Shown here: one piece after another, positions 1 through 12,094 of the stretch
How positions within the stretch are numbered: position 1 is the first letter of the stretch
How the letters are laid out: each line of letters starts with the position of its first letter
Source: Chiloscyllium plagiosum
Taxonomy: Eukaryota
Length of the DNA: 64,000 bases
Direction: 5' to 3'
Assembly: GCF_004010195.1 (NCBI RefSeq)
Contig: NC_057719.1
Span: forward strand, 28,188,710 to 28,252,709
Made by a program: the position numbers and the translations under genes
The notes under the pieces: model-generated
Told to the model about the DNA's origin: nothing
Seen by the model: only the letters and a program-made list of their open reading frames with translations
The model's database searches: none

Positions 1-460
1 AATGCCTGGCTGCCCTCCTGTCTAAATAGGGCCAGTAGGAGTAGTGGCCATTGCAAGGACTGCAGGAAATCTGCTAAGAGGTAATACATTGCCAGATCAG
101 GAAGGAAATCTCGGATCAGGTTGGCAGGCCTCAGTACAACAGAATGGGTGACCAGGAGCTGCAGGTTAGAGGAGAAGGGAACACAAAGGATGGCAGAGAA
201 TTACTTCTAATAGGCACAGGGTGTCCACACAGGAGGGATCCCCTCCTCAGCTTGCAAAAAGCCACCATAATGATCCCACAACTGGATAGAATGCCACATA
301 ACCAGCCTCAATTGGCCCAAGGCGGGAAGCCTCCTGATGCCCAGTTGATGGTTGAATTCCAGGTGAGACAAGTAAACAATATGTACTTTGCCACTGTTGC
401 TGTCATTGTATCTGATTTCACTGTATCCAACAATGGTAATTGTGGGTGGAGAAATAGAGT

Positions 461-467
461 GAAAGAG

Positions 468-513
<46 letters not shown>
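461..513. repeat. (GA)n microsatellite
   Basis: Near-perfect GA dinucleotide run; it produces the ERERER tail of ORF 144..521. Confidence 0.95.
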
Positions 514-539
514 TGTACTAAGGGAGTGGGGAGAAAATG

Positions 540-770
540 TACATAAATTTCCACCAAGGGAAGAATTCTACAAGTTTGCAATACTTCACAAAAAGCTAGT
601 GACTCTGGGTCAGTTGCTAATTTTATATCTGAGATTGACAGATTACGGTAAACCAAAGACATTTTAGGATATGGGACAACGGTGAACATGTGGAGTAAAC
701 TTGCAGATCAACCATGATCATATTAAATGGTTGAATAAGCTAAATAACATTTTACTGTTCCTATGTTTCT
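540..770 (+). mobile_element. Degenerate CR1-type LINE 3' end
   Basis: Contains ...tctgagattgacagatt...gatcaaccatgatcatattaaatgg...ttcctatgtttctt, resembling the CR1 3' ends at 20690-20840 and 54260-54410. Confidence 0.5.
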
Positions 771-2363
771 TAAGAACTAAAATAAATGAAGCCAACTTGT
801 TCAAAGGATTTTACCAAGTAATGTTCAGTTAAATACAGGAACTGTTTTCTGCATCCCTCATTCCGGTACTTTTATTGAACAATGAGATAATGATATTCCG
901 GCTAATAATATAGGAATATTTTTACATGACAATCATTATACATTAAATCCGTGTTCTCTCTGATATTGGCTCAGGTCCAGCAATGATACAGCTGAGTTAT
1001 ACACGTGTACATTTTGGTATTTTTAATGGTCAGTTAATTCACAGTTAATAAAAGAATGAAGTAATTTTGCAATATTTTTCTTAGTAATTTCTCAGATTTG
1101 CTGGATGCACTGCAGCTTGTGTTTTGGTTATAATCTAACAGGTAATTTGATAGAATCAAATACAAAACGGCACTGCAACTTATTCCTATTTTAGTTTCAA
1201 TCTTATGATTTTCACCAGTTTTCTGTGGAAGAAATAAAACTTAAATGTTAGCTCATTAGGGTTATGTAGAAGGATGGCATCTTCAAATGAGGATTAAAAC
1301 AAAAATCCACACACTTCCAAATTGAAGTCTGACTTCTAGACAACTTCATGAGAAATCATCAGCAGTGAACTGGCCAATTCAAAACCAGCTTGCAGCAGGT
1401 ATTGTTCTCAAAATTGAATCAGTGAAATACTTAAATATTTTCATTAAAGCCATGATTTCAATGAGAACCAGGGAAAGAAACAATTGAAAAATGTTAGTCC
1501 ATTAGTCATAAGCCTGGAGTTACGTGTGATAACTGAAAAAAAATGCTACTGATGACTATCTTTTAAACGATTAGAAGAAACGGCTGACCATTAGATGAAG
1601 TTTGAGCACATTTTGTGTGCTTTAACCAAGTGTTAGTCTCAAGTGAATTGTTGTCTACCCGTTGCATACAATCCTATCGAATGTGGTTTTTGTTTCATTT
1701 CTGCTCAACATCCTTTATTTGTGGTGTGGTTTTTATTTACTGCTCTCGGCATACTTTATTTTTGAGATCAGAAGTTGAAACAAATAAAGCTGAAATTTTG
1801 GAAACCGTAGCTCCACTCCTGTAGAATGTCATTATTCAGCAAGCAATATTGAAATTCATTCGACATACATGTCAGCAAAAGGAATGCTTCAGTTCACCAA
1901 GTTTACAAGAGGGACATACACAACCTAATATAAGGAGTAGACCTGAAGATCTGCATTAAATAAAGTTAATTAACAGGCTTCAGTAATAGTGTTAGAGCCT
2001 ATGAAGAAATACTGTCAGCTATCCAGCTGTATTCTAAATCAGGGACACATGGCAAAATGTGTAACATTACAAGGAGTCCTTGGGCAAGTATATTTCTGTA
2101 TAAAAATTATGAGTACAATTAAATAAACAGCCAACACTGACACAGTTGACCACTGGTCTCTTTCTGTGCTTCAGGATTCTATGGAAAGGCATTCTTTACA
2201 CTCCTGAGTACAAATGTTTTCATCTTTCAAACAAAAGAAAAACTCTCTCAAAATGCAATGATATCATGAATCCATTTCTAGAGATTTTGGAACAGAAACA
2301 TTATCCCACCCCACTAGACAATGAAATAATCCGGAACTACGACCAGAATATTGATACTATGAT

Positions 2364-2570
2364 AGTCGAAAAGTGTGGCTCTAGAAAAACACAGCAGATC
2401 AGACAGCATCCGAGGAGCAGGAGAATCAATGTTTTGGGCAGAAGCCATTCTTGATGAAGGGCTTATGCCCAAAACATCAATTCTCCTGCTCCTCGGTTGC
2501 TGCCTGACCTGCTGTGCTTTTCCAGCACCACACATTTCGACTCTGATCTCCAGCATCCTCACTTTCTCCT
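2364..2570. mobile_element. Fold-back PLE terminal-repeat mini-element, family A
   Basis: 2364-2446 is the reverse complement of about 2460-2542. The sequence matches the end of the PLE ORF copies at 25034-25185 and 28440-28529. A decayed HHR (ttgatgaagggcttatgcccaaaacatc) lies at the centre. Confidence 0.85.
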
Positions 2571-2681
2571 ACTACTGCATTTAGAATATTCCTCACGGCC
2601 GGATGCCAAAAAAATCCAGTAAAAATAGATCAGCGATTATTTTTAAGGGCTTATTTGCAAATAATTTGGAAGTGATACAAA

Positions 2682-3095
2682 GAACATAGAACATTGAACA
2701 TAGGACAGTACAGCACAGAACAGGCCAGGCCCTTCAGCCCATGATGTTGTGCCGATCACTGATCCTCATGTATGCACCCTCCAATTTCTGTGACCATATG
2801 CATGTCCAGTAGTCTCTTAAATGTCCCCAATGACCTCGCTTCCACAACTGCTGCTGGCAATGCATTCGATGCTCTCACAACTCTCTGTGTAAAGAACCCG
2901 CCTCAGACATTCCCTCTATACTTTCCTCCAACCAGCTTAAAACTATGACCCCTCATGTTAGTCATTTCTGCTCTGGGAAATAGTCTCTGACTATTGACTC
3001 TATCTATGCCTCTCATTATCTTATATACCTCAATTAGGTCCCCTCTCCTCCTCCTTTTCTCCAATGAAAAAAAGTCCGAACTCAGTCAACCTCTC
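2682..3095 (-). mobile_element. CR1-type LINE 3' fragment
   Basis: Tail repeat aacatagaacattgaacatagg..., followed by a reverse-strand ORF2 C-terminus like those at 10278..10496 and 31661..31963. Confidence 0.8.
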
Positions 3096-4224
3096 AAAGG
3101 TTTGATTAATTCTAACTTGTTCAGGCCAGGATGGCCTGGGCGAGGGAGGATTAACTGATTAGCAGCAGTCGTTTACTCTAAATTTGTTTCATCAGCTCTA
3201 ACACCATTACTGAAGACTGTTAATTCAACATATGTGCATTACAGATCTTCAGATCTATTTGTTACACTGTTGTGTCTATCCCTTCTATGTACAGTATCTA
3301 TGTTACAAATAAAAGACTGTCAAGTTTGGTAGAATTCTTAATGGCTGTATTTATTTGCTGAAGATACGGCAAGCAAGGAAGTAATATTTAATAATAATTC
3401 CATTCCCTTGTTTAACAACAATGTTATGATGACAAATACTAATTATTAGTAATCTACAACTTTAAAATGATCACTCACCCATATGACACCAACTCTTTAA
3501 TGAGATAAATATTTAAATATCCACACCTTGCAGTAATCTCACAATTAAGATTTCTCTTTTAGGATTGAAAACTTATTCAAAAATGCAAACTGGTTAAACT
3601 AAACCAAAACCAATCTCAAAAAAATTCAGTGGTAATATCCTAGAAGTAAATGGCACAATGTAAAAGTTGGATTCACCATAAAGAGACAGGTCACAGCTTC
3701 AAAGCAGAAAATTAGAGAGTTGACTATTTTCAGCAAAAAAGGACCTTATATTCGTAACTTGTTCTGCTAATATTTCAGCTCAAAATGATCTTTTTGTTTA
3801 TTCCAGAGGCTGCACCTCCAAGGAGAGATCAAACAATGTTCTTTTTATCTTAATTAATGGCCCTGACATTGAAATCTTACTTAAAGTCAAGCAGCTTGTT
3901 GGCTTGACTGGCAAATATTTCATGGATATTAGGCAAAGGTTTGGAATTAAAAACTAATGTATTGCAAAAGCTTGATTGAAACAATCCTTGCAGCGTGTAG
4001 CTGTGTAAAATGGTCCATGTCTCCCTTTTCATTGTCTCTTAAATGTATCAGAGCAATTACTTTTTCATGAAATAAACCAATTGCAAGAGTGCAATTCACT
4101 TGTTCTCAAAGTTCATCTCACAGTGTCATGGGATGCTGAAAGGTATGGTCAGATCAGCAACATCATGTTTGTTGCCTATCAGTGCTCTTCAAAGTATCAA
4201 TCAAAACTTTCCTGCAGGGGAGGT

Positions 4225-4324
4225 CCTTCATTCCTGATGAAGGGTTTATGCTTGAAACGTCGATTCTCCTACTCCTTGGATGCTGCCTGACTGGCTGTGC
4301 CTTTCCAGCACCACACTCTTCGAC
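4225..4324 (+). mobile_element. PLE terminal-repeat fragment, family A, with HHR motif
   Basis: ttcCTGATGAagggtttatgcttGAAACGTCgattctcct...ccagcaccacactcttcgac. The core is retained, but stem II is weakened by C>T changes. Confidence 0.8.
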
Positions 4325-5424
4325 ATAGGTGGACAACCCATCTTACAACTCTAACTGCCCCTACAATCATGGAGGGGAGGATAAATTGGCAGCAAAACTG
4401 CTGCTGATGCCAAGGTGGGTCCACCTGCCTGTTTTTCCCAACTGTGGGCAGACTATAAAACTCAGGCCTATGTCTGTCAACAGAAGGATACAGGTACATC
4501 AGTTTTAGGGAAATGTGTTATCATTGTAATTCCTGCCACAATTGTTGAATATTAAGCAATGGAAGGGTAATGTGAAAGCATTTCAGAAGGACTGGGTGGA
4601 CCACTTGATTGCTTCTCACAGACATTCATCCTGACCTTGGTCAATGGAGAAGCCTGTTCTCAGTCACACAGTAGATTGCAACAAAACCAATCTATTGAAA
4701 AGCCACACTGTTCAATTCATTTTTCCAGTATAATTTAAACAGCATGTCTAATGCTAGTAATTTCTTGGATTTTCTGAGAAGCTAACATATGAATTGTGTT
4801 ATAGATCTCTGGCTATTGGAGTAAATACATGAGTTGGAGGCAAGGTTCATCCGTCGTTTTTGTAAGCCTAACTATAACAATTTCAGGTCTGTTCTGGAAA
4901 ATAAACCTTAGTCTGGTTTGGATTATAGCTTTCCCTCACACAATTGTCCGTGGATTCAGCACTGCAGTCACTAAAACAATATGGTGACGTGAAAAGTGAG
5001 GCTGTATTCACTTTTGGTCAGGTCATACATTCCTAAAATTAAATTAATAGGCTGAATTGCTGCCCTGACCACTGAGAGGTAAACTCTCAAGTGAGGGCTA
5101 AATTGGATATCTCCAAAAGGATTGTGGAGGATAGCACTCTGTGAATAATTCATGGCCATTCACTAACGCAGCAACATGCCAACTTTAGTACCTTCCAGTT
5201 AATCGAATGATTGCTGCATACAGCTAACAGTCAATGCATTGTTCATTGGTTGCATGCATCAGCTGGGGACCCAACACTATAATGTGATAGAGCCAATGAA
5301 TGCTAGCCCACACTGCTTCCAGTTACCCTGCCAGAGTTATACAAGCAACAATAAGTCTAGGAGCCAACAGAGGATCATGCCACACACCAAAGCACTACAG
5401 ATGTGAGATATATGAAATGTGCAA

Positions 5425-5682
5425 AGATACCTAGTCAGCATGAATGAGTTCAACCAAAGGGTCTGTTTCCATGCTAAATGTCTATATGACTCTGTGCAAG
5501 TTAGGTGGATTGGCCATGCTAAATTACCCATAGTGTTCAGGGATGTATAGGTTAAGTGCATCAGCCATGGGAAACGTAGGGTTACAGGGATAGGGTAGAG
5601 GGATGCGTCTGGGTGGGATGCTCTTTGGAGGATCAGTGTGGACTCATTGGGCCGAATGGCCTGTTCCACACTGTAGGGATCT
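5425..5682 (+). mobile_element. CR1 3' tail (5425-5492) followed by a 5'-truncated HE1-type SINE (5493-5682)
   Basis: The body gttaggtggattggccatgctaaattacccatagtg and the tail cctgttccacactgtagggatc are shared with the SINE copies at 13604, 24705 and 46837. Confidence 0.75.
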
Positions 5683-6459
5683 TGTGGAAGCACACAGCAG
5701 CTTCACATTCTGTTCTAATGAGCAGAAGTTATATATCAGCCTAATAGTATGTAAACATTTATGTAATACACATAATATGACTGATTTCAATGCAGTGTGT
5801 GAAAAGGAGAAAACTGAAGAGCTTTTAGGCTTTAGGTCAGGCTTTAATTGGATGAGACAGAGACTGGATACAGTAAACTAGGCAAAAAAACAACAGAAGA
5901 TCAGAGAATTATGTTATGTGATATACGGCCTTTTTAGATTGCTAAGGGATAATTACTAATCAAAGACCTGAATAACAAAGAACAGAAAATAGTGAAAACA
6001 GAAAACAAGGGTACCATAAAAAGGGAATGTGTAAAGAAGCTCACAGGGGTTATCAGTATTAAAACCAAAAACATTACATTTCTAGGATTTTTTAAAAATT
6101 ATTAGGAGAAATGGAGATCCTTCGAAAAACAATGGCAGGGATTTTCTCAATGAACATATTAAAACTATCAAGGCATTTGGGACATGGAATCAGTGTGGGA
6201 AAGTTGTGTTGAGATCAGAGATCATGCATGATCAGCGAGGTCAACGGACTGAATGTCCTATTCCTGCTCTTTTGTCCTATATTCCTCCACTCTAAATTCA
6301 AACATGCTGTTTAAATACTTTGAAGTAATTGAAGTTTGAGAAGACATCAGCATGTTGGCATCAAGGAAATTAATACTGCATCAAGGATAAGGTCAAGCCA
6401 AAACTAACATAAGCAAAAGATCAGACATGAAGAAAGTATGGCATGAAAGAATAACAAAT

Positions 6460-7790
6460 CACCAGGACAAGATGGTTTCCATTCAAAGGTTTTAAAGGAA
6501 TTAAGCGACAACATTGCCAATGCCATATAACTAAGATTTAGAGTTTCCAGATTTGGGAGCCATTCCCTTCAATTGGAAAATTGTGTACATCACTCTGATG
6601 TTTAAGTAAGCAAGGGAAATGAAGAAATTAAGGATCAGTTAGTTTGCATGTTTCAGGAAAGTACAAGAGTTTAGCATTAAGTGATTGAATGATGGGCTAT
6701 CTCAAAAATGTTCTGCCAATAAACATCATGGATTTGTAAAGGGAAGGTCTGATAAATCTGATTGAGGATTTTAAGAGAGTGACTAAAGTAGGGAATTAAG
6801 AAATTTCTAGAGATGTGATTTATATAGACTTGCAGAAGAAATTTGATAAATCTCAAACACGGGTGTTAGCTAAAGTTGAAGCTTATGGAAATGACATGAT
6901 CCAAAAATTGTCTGAGAGGCAGTAGACTATGGATAACAGGAGGTTCTCTAATTGGTCATGTAGTACCAGTGATATTCCAGTACGCAAAGTGCATTATATT
7001 TTTTAGTGACTTAGATGATGGGTTGCAATGCCACATATTGAAATTTGCTAATGACTCAAAAGGTTCAGCAGCATTTTAGAAAGATAAATGGAAGCTTAAA
7101 TTTCAAAGAGATATTGATAGATTAAGATAATGAACAAATCTGTGACAAATAGATTTCAATGTTGTTGTGTCACCATAGTCTTACCAGACCATTGTAGTTG
7201 TTCTCTCATTAGGGAGATAGAGAAGCAACTGGTGGTGATCTAACCTGAGGGCCACCAGACCTCAGGTGAGGGGAAAGGTTGAGAAGGAGAGTCCTTCATA
7301 GTAACCTCAAACCAGTGATGGGAATTGAACCCATGCTGTTGGCATCATACTGCCCTAAAACCGACAAGCCAGCCAACTGAGCTAAACTGATATCCTTTTT
7401 CAATGTAGGAATGAAGAGTGGATAAAACAGAACACTTTCCAAATTGCAAAAGCAAATAATTTGATCATAAAAATGGAAATTATTTCCTCTGTTTGGAAGG
7501 TCTAGGGGTAGGTTAAAAAATTTTTTAAAAGTTTAGAATCAAACTTTTCAGGAATAGAAATAGGAAATATTTTCACTCAAAAACTGGCAGAAATTGGGAC
7601 TCACTTTGGCTATTGAGACTAAATTAATTTTTCATTTTAATACTAAAATAGGAAAGTTTGTTTTCAACCAAAGTATTAAGGTATACAAGGCAAGGCTGTA
7701 TGTATGGAGTTAAAGTTGCAGATATTAAAACACAATAGAAACAGGGAGATTGGAGAGCTATACCCAGAGGAATTGGATGCAATGCCACAA
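6460..7790 (+). mobile_element. Old, heavily decayed CR1 ORF2 fragment interrupted by a SINE
   Basis: RT-like remnants (catggatttgtaaagggaagg = HGFVKG; aaatttgctaatgactcaaaa resembling KFADDTK) collinear with the CR1 at 19300-20800. Confidence 0.65.
7163..7397 (-). mobile_element. tRNA-derived SINE (unnamed family, three copies in window)
   Basis: Minus strand starts tcagttTAGCTCAGTTGG...GGTTCAATTCC (A and B boxes). A 9-bp TSD tttcaatgt lies at 7154-7162 and 7398-7406. Confidence 0.85.
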
Positions 7791-8377
7791 GATGTTTAAT
7801 GTACTCACAGGAGCAGTTCCAAATCAATAAATGCAACTTGGTGTGACAAGCTACAGTGAAAATTGTACAATGTGCTTGGATGTCATGATTGAATAACTAG
7901 TAAGGTGTGCAAGCTGTGAGATTATATATTTGTACAATGTGTGAGGGTGAAGTGATACCGATAAACATTAGGCATGAGTATCGACTGACAGGAATTCTTG
8001 GTTGGTGAGTAATGTGGGCGTGTGGTCTAGGAACAGTTTGTCCTGCTGTAGATGGCCTTCTGTTCATTTTCCTCATCAGGCTATATTCCAAGTGGCAGTC
8101 TTACTAAGTATGATCATCTTTGCTTTGTTTTATAATCTTAAAGTCACCAAAATACTCTTCAGCACTTGTGCTCCCTATAAGCATTAGCAATTGAAATTCT
8201 AGAAAGCATCAGGTACTTGTAGAATCATAGCAGCAGCCAGAATAAGTCAACCAGCAACTAACCAGCAAGTGGTTGATAATCTCTTTAAATAATACTGTAA
8301 AGGGTAGGAGGGGTCCTTCCCATTGCTGAATGCAAGTTCGATTCTGTGACGGTTAGGACACATGTGAAGGTGCCATT

Positions 8378-8581
8378 GTCACAAGGGACCATTGGGCTGT
8401 TCTTTCATTAGTGAGCAATGACTGTTGATCGATTAACTTGAGGGTCACCATGCCTCAGGCAAGGGGCAAGATCAAGAAGGTGGGTCCCTTTAATGGTAAC
8501 CTCAGCCATTGTACGAATTGAACCCATGCTGTTGCTGTTGTTCTACATTGCAAGCCAGCTGTCTAGTCAATTGAGCTAACT
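8378..8581 (-). mobile_element. tRNA-derived SINE, same family as 7163-7397
   Basis: Shares gagggtcaccatgcctcagg...gtaacctcagcc...aattgaacccatgctgttg...gagctaac. Confidence 0.8.
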
Positions 8582-9507
8582 TGTTAGAATAGGGTGTTGG
8601 TTAAAGTATTGAGCTGAAAAACGTCAGCACAGGCACCATATCAATGTGGCATGCTGTGTGACAATATGTTCAACATTGTCTTCATTATGGGGATGGTTAC
8701 TGTGGCATTAACCCCTCCCACCCTTTACAGTATTATTTAAAGAGATTATCAACCACTTGCTCAGAACATCTCTTTTACAGTGCCAATATCTCAGAAGTGA
8801 GGGGACAGAAGAGGTTGCAGTAAATATAACTGAGTCAGGTATAGACTGAATGTCCAACATTTCATCCCTACACCACATCTTTCGATGGAAAGCTAGCACT
8901 TCTCTGGAACACAAATCAGCAGGTTCACTGCTATAAGCAAACAATATCTAATTTTAATTTCGGTTCTAATAAGAAAAGCATTCCTCTTGGGGCAGCCCCC
9001 ACTCCCTTTATTCCTCATCAACCACCTGTAAATTAAGCCTCAGACTCAAGAATTCCCACCCTAAACCTTTCCAGTTGTCTGTTATTTAAAATGCTTCCTA
9101 AAAGTTACTCTTTTATCAAGCTTTCAGTCACCTACCCTAAAGTTATCTTCTTTTCCACTGTCAATTTTCATCTATGTTGCCAGATTAAAAGTGCTACATA
9201 AATGCAAGTTATTATTGTATGTGTAGTGGTTTATTTCAAAGTCATTTTGTTCCTTTGAAGTATGTAATAACAACACACCAACAATAACTAAGTAAAGCAT
9301 TGTTGGCATTTCTGTGGTTTCCTGATGTACAGGTATTCACCATGCAAACATCTCAAAGAACCCAGGGATTTACCAGTTAACTGAAAACTGATTGTTACAG
9401 ATTGGAAAAGCTTTTATCTCTTTTCCCCTTAGGCCTCTGAACAGGAAGGTTGTGGGTCATGTTGCCTCCGAGTTCCATGTAGCCAGCACATAAAAACTTT
9501 ACAGCAG

Positions 9508-9685
9508 CCAAAACCAGAAAGTACTGGAGAAACTCAATAGGTCTGACAGAGAGAAACAGTGACGAAGGGTCACTGCATTGGAAATATTAATTCCGTTTTT
9601 CTATTCAGAGACCTGCTGACGTTCTACAGTATTTCTGCTTTTCTTTCTGATTTCCAGCATTCACAGTTCTTTGCTTTTATTTTGA
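9508..9685. mobile_element. Old fold-back PLE terminal fragment, family C
   Basis: aaaaccagaaagtactggagaaactcaataggtctg is roughly the reverse complement of cagagacctgctgacgttctacagtatttctgcttttt. The centre holds a degenerate HHR-like gtgacgaagggtcac...ggaaatatt. Confidence 0.6.
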
Positions 9686-9744
9686 GTTGAAGGGGATGCC
9701 TACTTCATCTAATTGATCATTTGCTCCAATAAAAAAAAACACAT

Positions 9745-10122
9745 CATGGGTTCCAGTCTCACAGTGGATACGAAGCTACGAAGATTGAGGCTGACACTCC
9801 AGTAAAGTACTGAGTGAGTCAGTACTTCTGACAATGATCTTCATGACTTCTTTCAGTTGACACTTTAAACTGAGTACCTCATCTATTTCCTGATTGGACA
9901 CAAAAGATTCAATGTCAACATTTCGAAGAAGAGCAGAGAACTTATTCCTGGTGCTTTCCCCAAAATTTCTATTTCAAATCAAAACCAAAAATACAAAACA
10001 AAATAACTATTTATTGTCTCATTGCTTGTTCCCTGCAATACAATGGAGACGATATACTTCAGAAAGAATGTCATTTGCTGTAAAGTGCTTCTGGAAATCC
10101 TGAAAGGTGCTATCTATAAATA
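9745..10122 (+). mobile_element. Deu-domain SINE (SacSINE1/AmnSINE-like)
   Basis: Motifs ggctgacactccagtaaagtactgag, aaaagattcaatgtcaacatttcgaagaagagcag and the tail gaaaggtgctatctataaat resemble the DeuSINE domain as I recall it. Confidence 0.65.
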
Positions 10123-10240
10123 TAGGTGTCCACTTATCACCATATGGGTTATATTTGAGAAAAATCATAGAAAATTTACAGCGCAGAAGAAAACAAAAAT
10201 AAAAATCAGCCATACAGACTGATTCCATTTTGCAATATTC

Positions 10241-10660
10241 AAAGAACAAAGAAAATTTACAGCCCAGGAACAGGCCCTTAGGCCCTCCAAGCCTGAGCCG
10301 ATCCAAATGTACTGCCAATTCCTAAGCATTTGTATCCCTCTGCTCCCCACCTACTCATGCATCTGTCCAGACACAACTTAAATGAATCTACCGTGCCTGT
10401 CTCTACCACCTCTGCTGGCAACATGTTCCAAATGCCCACCACCCTCTGTGTGAAGTACTTGCCGCGTGTATCCCCCTTAAACTTTCCACCTCTCACCTCG
10501 AAAGCATGACCTCTGGTTATTCAATCCTCCACCCTGGGAAAAAGCTAGTCTCTATCCATCCTGTCTATACCCTTCATGATTTGGTAAACCTCAATCAGGT
10601 CCCCCCTCAATCTCCTTTTTTCTAGTGAATATAAACCTAATCTACTCAACCTCTGTTCAT
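10241..10660 (-). mobile_element. CR1-type LINE 3' fragment
   Basis: ORF 10278..10496 (RGKYFTQRVVGIWNMLPAEVVE) is the canonical CR1 ORF2 C-terminus. Confidence 0.85.
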
Positions 10661-10793
10661 ATGGCACTTGAGGTGCATATCCAGGCACCCCTTAAATGAA
10701 TCCAGAATTTCTGGTAGTAAATTTCAGATTTCACCTGTGGAAAAAAAGAGGAAAATCGTCTTCTTCCTTCTACGTTTTCTACCAATCCATGCC

Positions 10794-10974
10794 AAAAAAG
10801 TGTGGCGCTAGAAAAGCACAGGTCAGACAACAGCTCAGGAGCAGGAGAATCGATGAAGGGTTTATGCTCAAAACGTTGACTCTCCTGCTCCTCAGATGCT
10901 GCCTGATATGCTGTGCTTTCCCAGTGCCATACTTTTCGACTTTGATCTCCAGCGTCTGCAGTCCTCACTTTCTC
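10794..10974. mobile_element. Fold-back PLE mini-element, family A
   Basis: Inverted arms meet at ...ggagaatc|gatgaaggg.... The element is flanked by ctaccaatccatgcc (10779-10793) and ctaccgttccatgcc (10975-10989). Confidence 0.85.
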
Positions 10975-11110
10975 CTACCGTTCCATGCCCCCTAGTCACA
11001 GAGTGCTCTGCTAAGATAAATACGTACTTCTCATCCACTTTATCCAGGGCCCTCACAATTCTGTATATTTCAGTCAAATTTCCCCTCTGCCTCCTTTGCT
11101 CAAAGGACAA
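10975..11110 (-). mobile_element. CR1 ORF2 fragment, host of the preceding insertion
   Basis: ORF 10892..11110 contains RRQRGNLTEIYRIVRALDKVD...TRGH, a CR1 C-terminal motif. Confidence 0.7.
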
Positions 11111-11882
11111 ACTATACTTCCGGAATTACTTCACCTTGCTTTGCATTTTTAAAATGTTTCCAAGACCAATATTAAAATTCTCAAGGCAATCAAATTTATC
11201 TAAAAGTTAGCTCCACCAATCTGAGACACACAGCTGGATTCAATGCTATCCTGCTAACAAAGTTTGATGACAGGCTTGAATATATAACCTGGTGGACAAC
11301 CTGCCTGCCTTTTACCAGCTACCTTTGGTCCCCACTGCAATCTTAATCCCGGAACCAGTGAAATCAAGCAGACCGCATACCAGTCAGCCAACTGAGACCC
11401 CTTAAATGGGTGTTTGTTGTCCCCTTAAGGGCGTCATCCTGTCTCTGTCAGAGTCATAATGAGAACTTTGTAACAATCAGCCCATTTACTGTACTACCAT
11501 ACAGCCTTTGTTGGTGCCTTTTACTCAGTAAAGTGTTCCAAGGGAGTGTTTAATAACATCAATAACATTGACATTAGGTCTTCCCATATTTGATTTTGTG
11601 TACCAAAATGTAGCCTAATCTCTGCTGCTCATACTTTACCTCCAAACATTTTCATCTGACCTTTTCATGCACATGCATCTTTGAGGATCGGGCACCCATT
11701 GTAAGTGCCACAAGAAAATTACATTGCTCCCAAGCATAATGTGTGTGTGCTGAATTAGGAAGCTCTGCAAACACATTCTTTGGAAAGTTCCCCACCAGTG
11801 GGGGAAGTCTGCTGAGGATTGGAAAACATTCTGAAGTGTAAAAAAAAATTGACACCTTCCAATATCCCTACTAGATTGATTC

Positions 11883-12094
11883 GGAGATGCCGGTGTTGGA
11901 CTGGGGTGTACAAAGTTAAAAATCACACAACACCAGGTTATAGTCCAACAGGTTTAATTGGAAGCACACTAGCTTTCGGAGCGATGCTCCTTCATCAGGT
12001 GAATGTGGAGGGCTCGATCGTAACACAGAATTTATAGCAAAAATTTGCAGTGTGATGTAACTGAAATTATACATTGAAGAATTGATTGTCTGTT
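11883..12094 (-). mobile_element. PLE-type terminal repeat, family B
   Basis: ccggtgttggactggggtgtacaaagttaaaaatcacacaacaccaggttatagtcc... recurs at 54870 and 56980 and carries an HHR. No ORF is attached here, so the PLE assignment is inferred from the HHR type. Confidence 0.7.
11967..12001 (-). ncRNA. Minimal hammerhead ribozyme motif, apparently intact
   Basis: Minus strand: CAC-CUGAUGA-A-GGAGC-AUC-GCUCC-GAAA-GCU-A-GUG. It has a perfect 5-bp stem II, a 3-bp stem I, a palindromic AGCU stem III and a CUA cleavage triplet. Confidence 0.8.

Noticed and set aside
144..689. Overlapping ORFs of 125 and 160 aa
   Set aside because: They are held open by the (GA)n microsatellite and a CR1 remnant, with no recognisable domain.
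1525..1537. tgtgataactgaa, resembling the 3' part of miR-101
   Set aside because: The seed region does not match and there is no complementary precursor arm.
1549..1597. ctgatga...gaaac, a possible stand-alone hammerhead
   Set aside because: Extra bases precede GAAA, stem III is mismatched and stem I does not pair.
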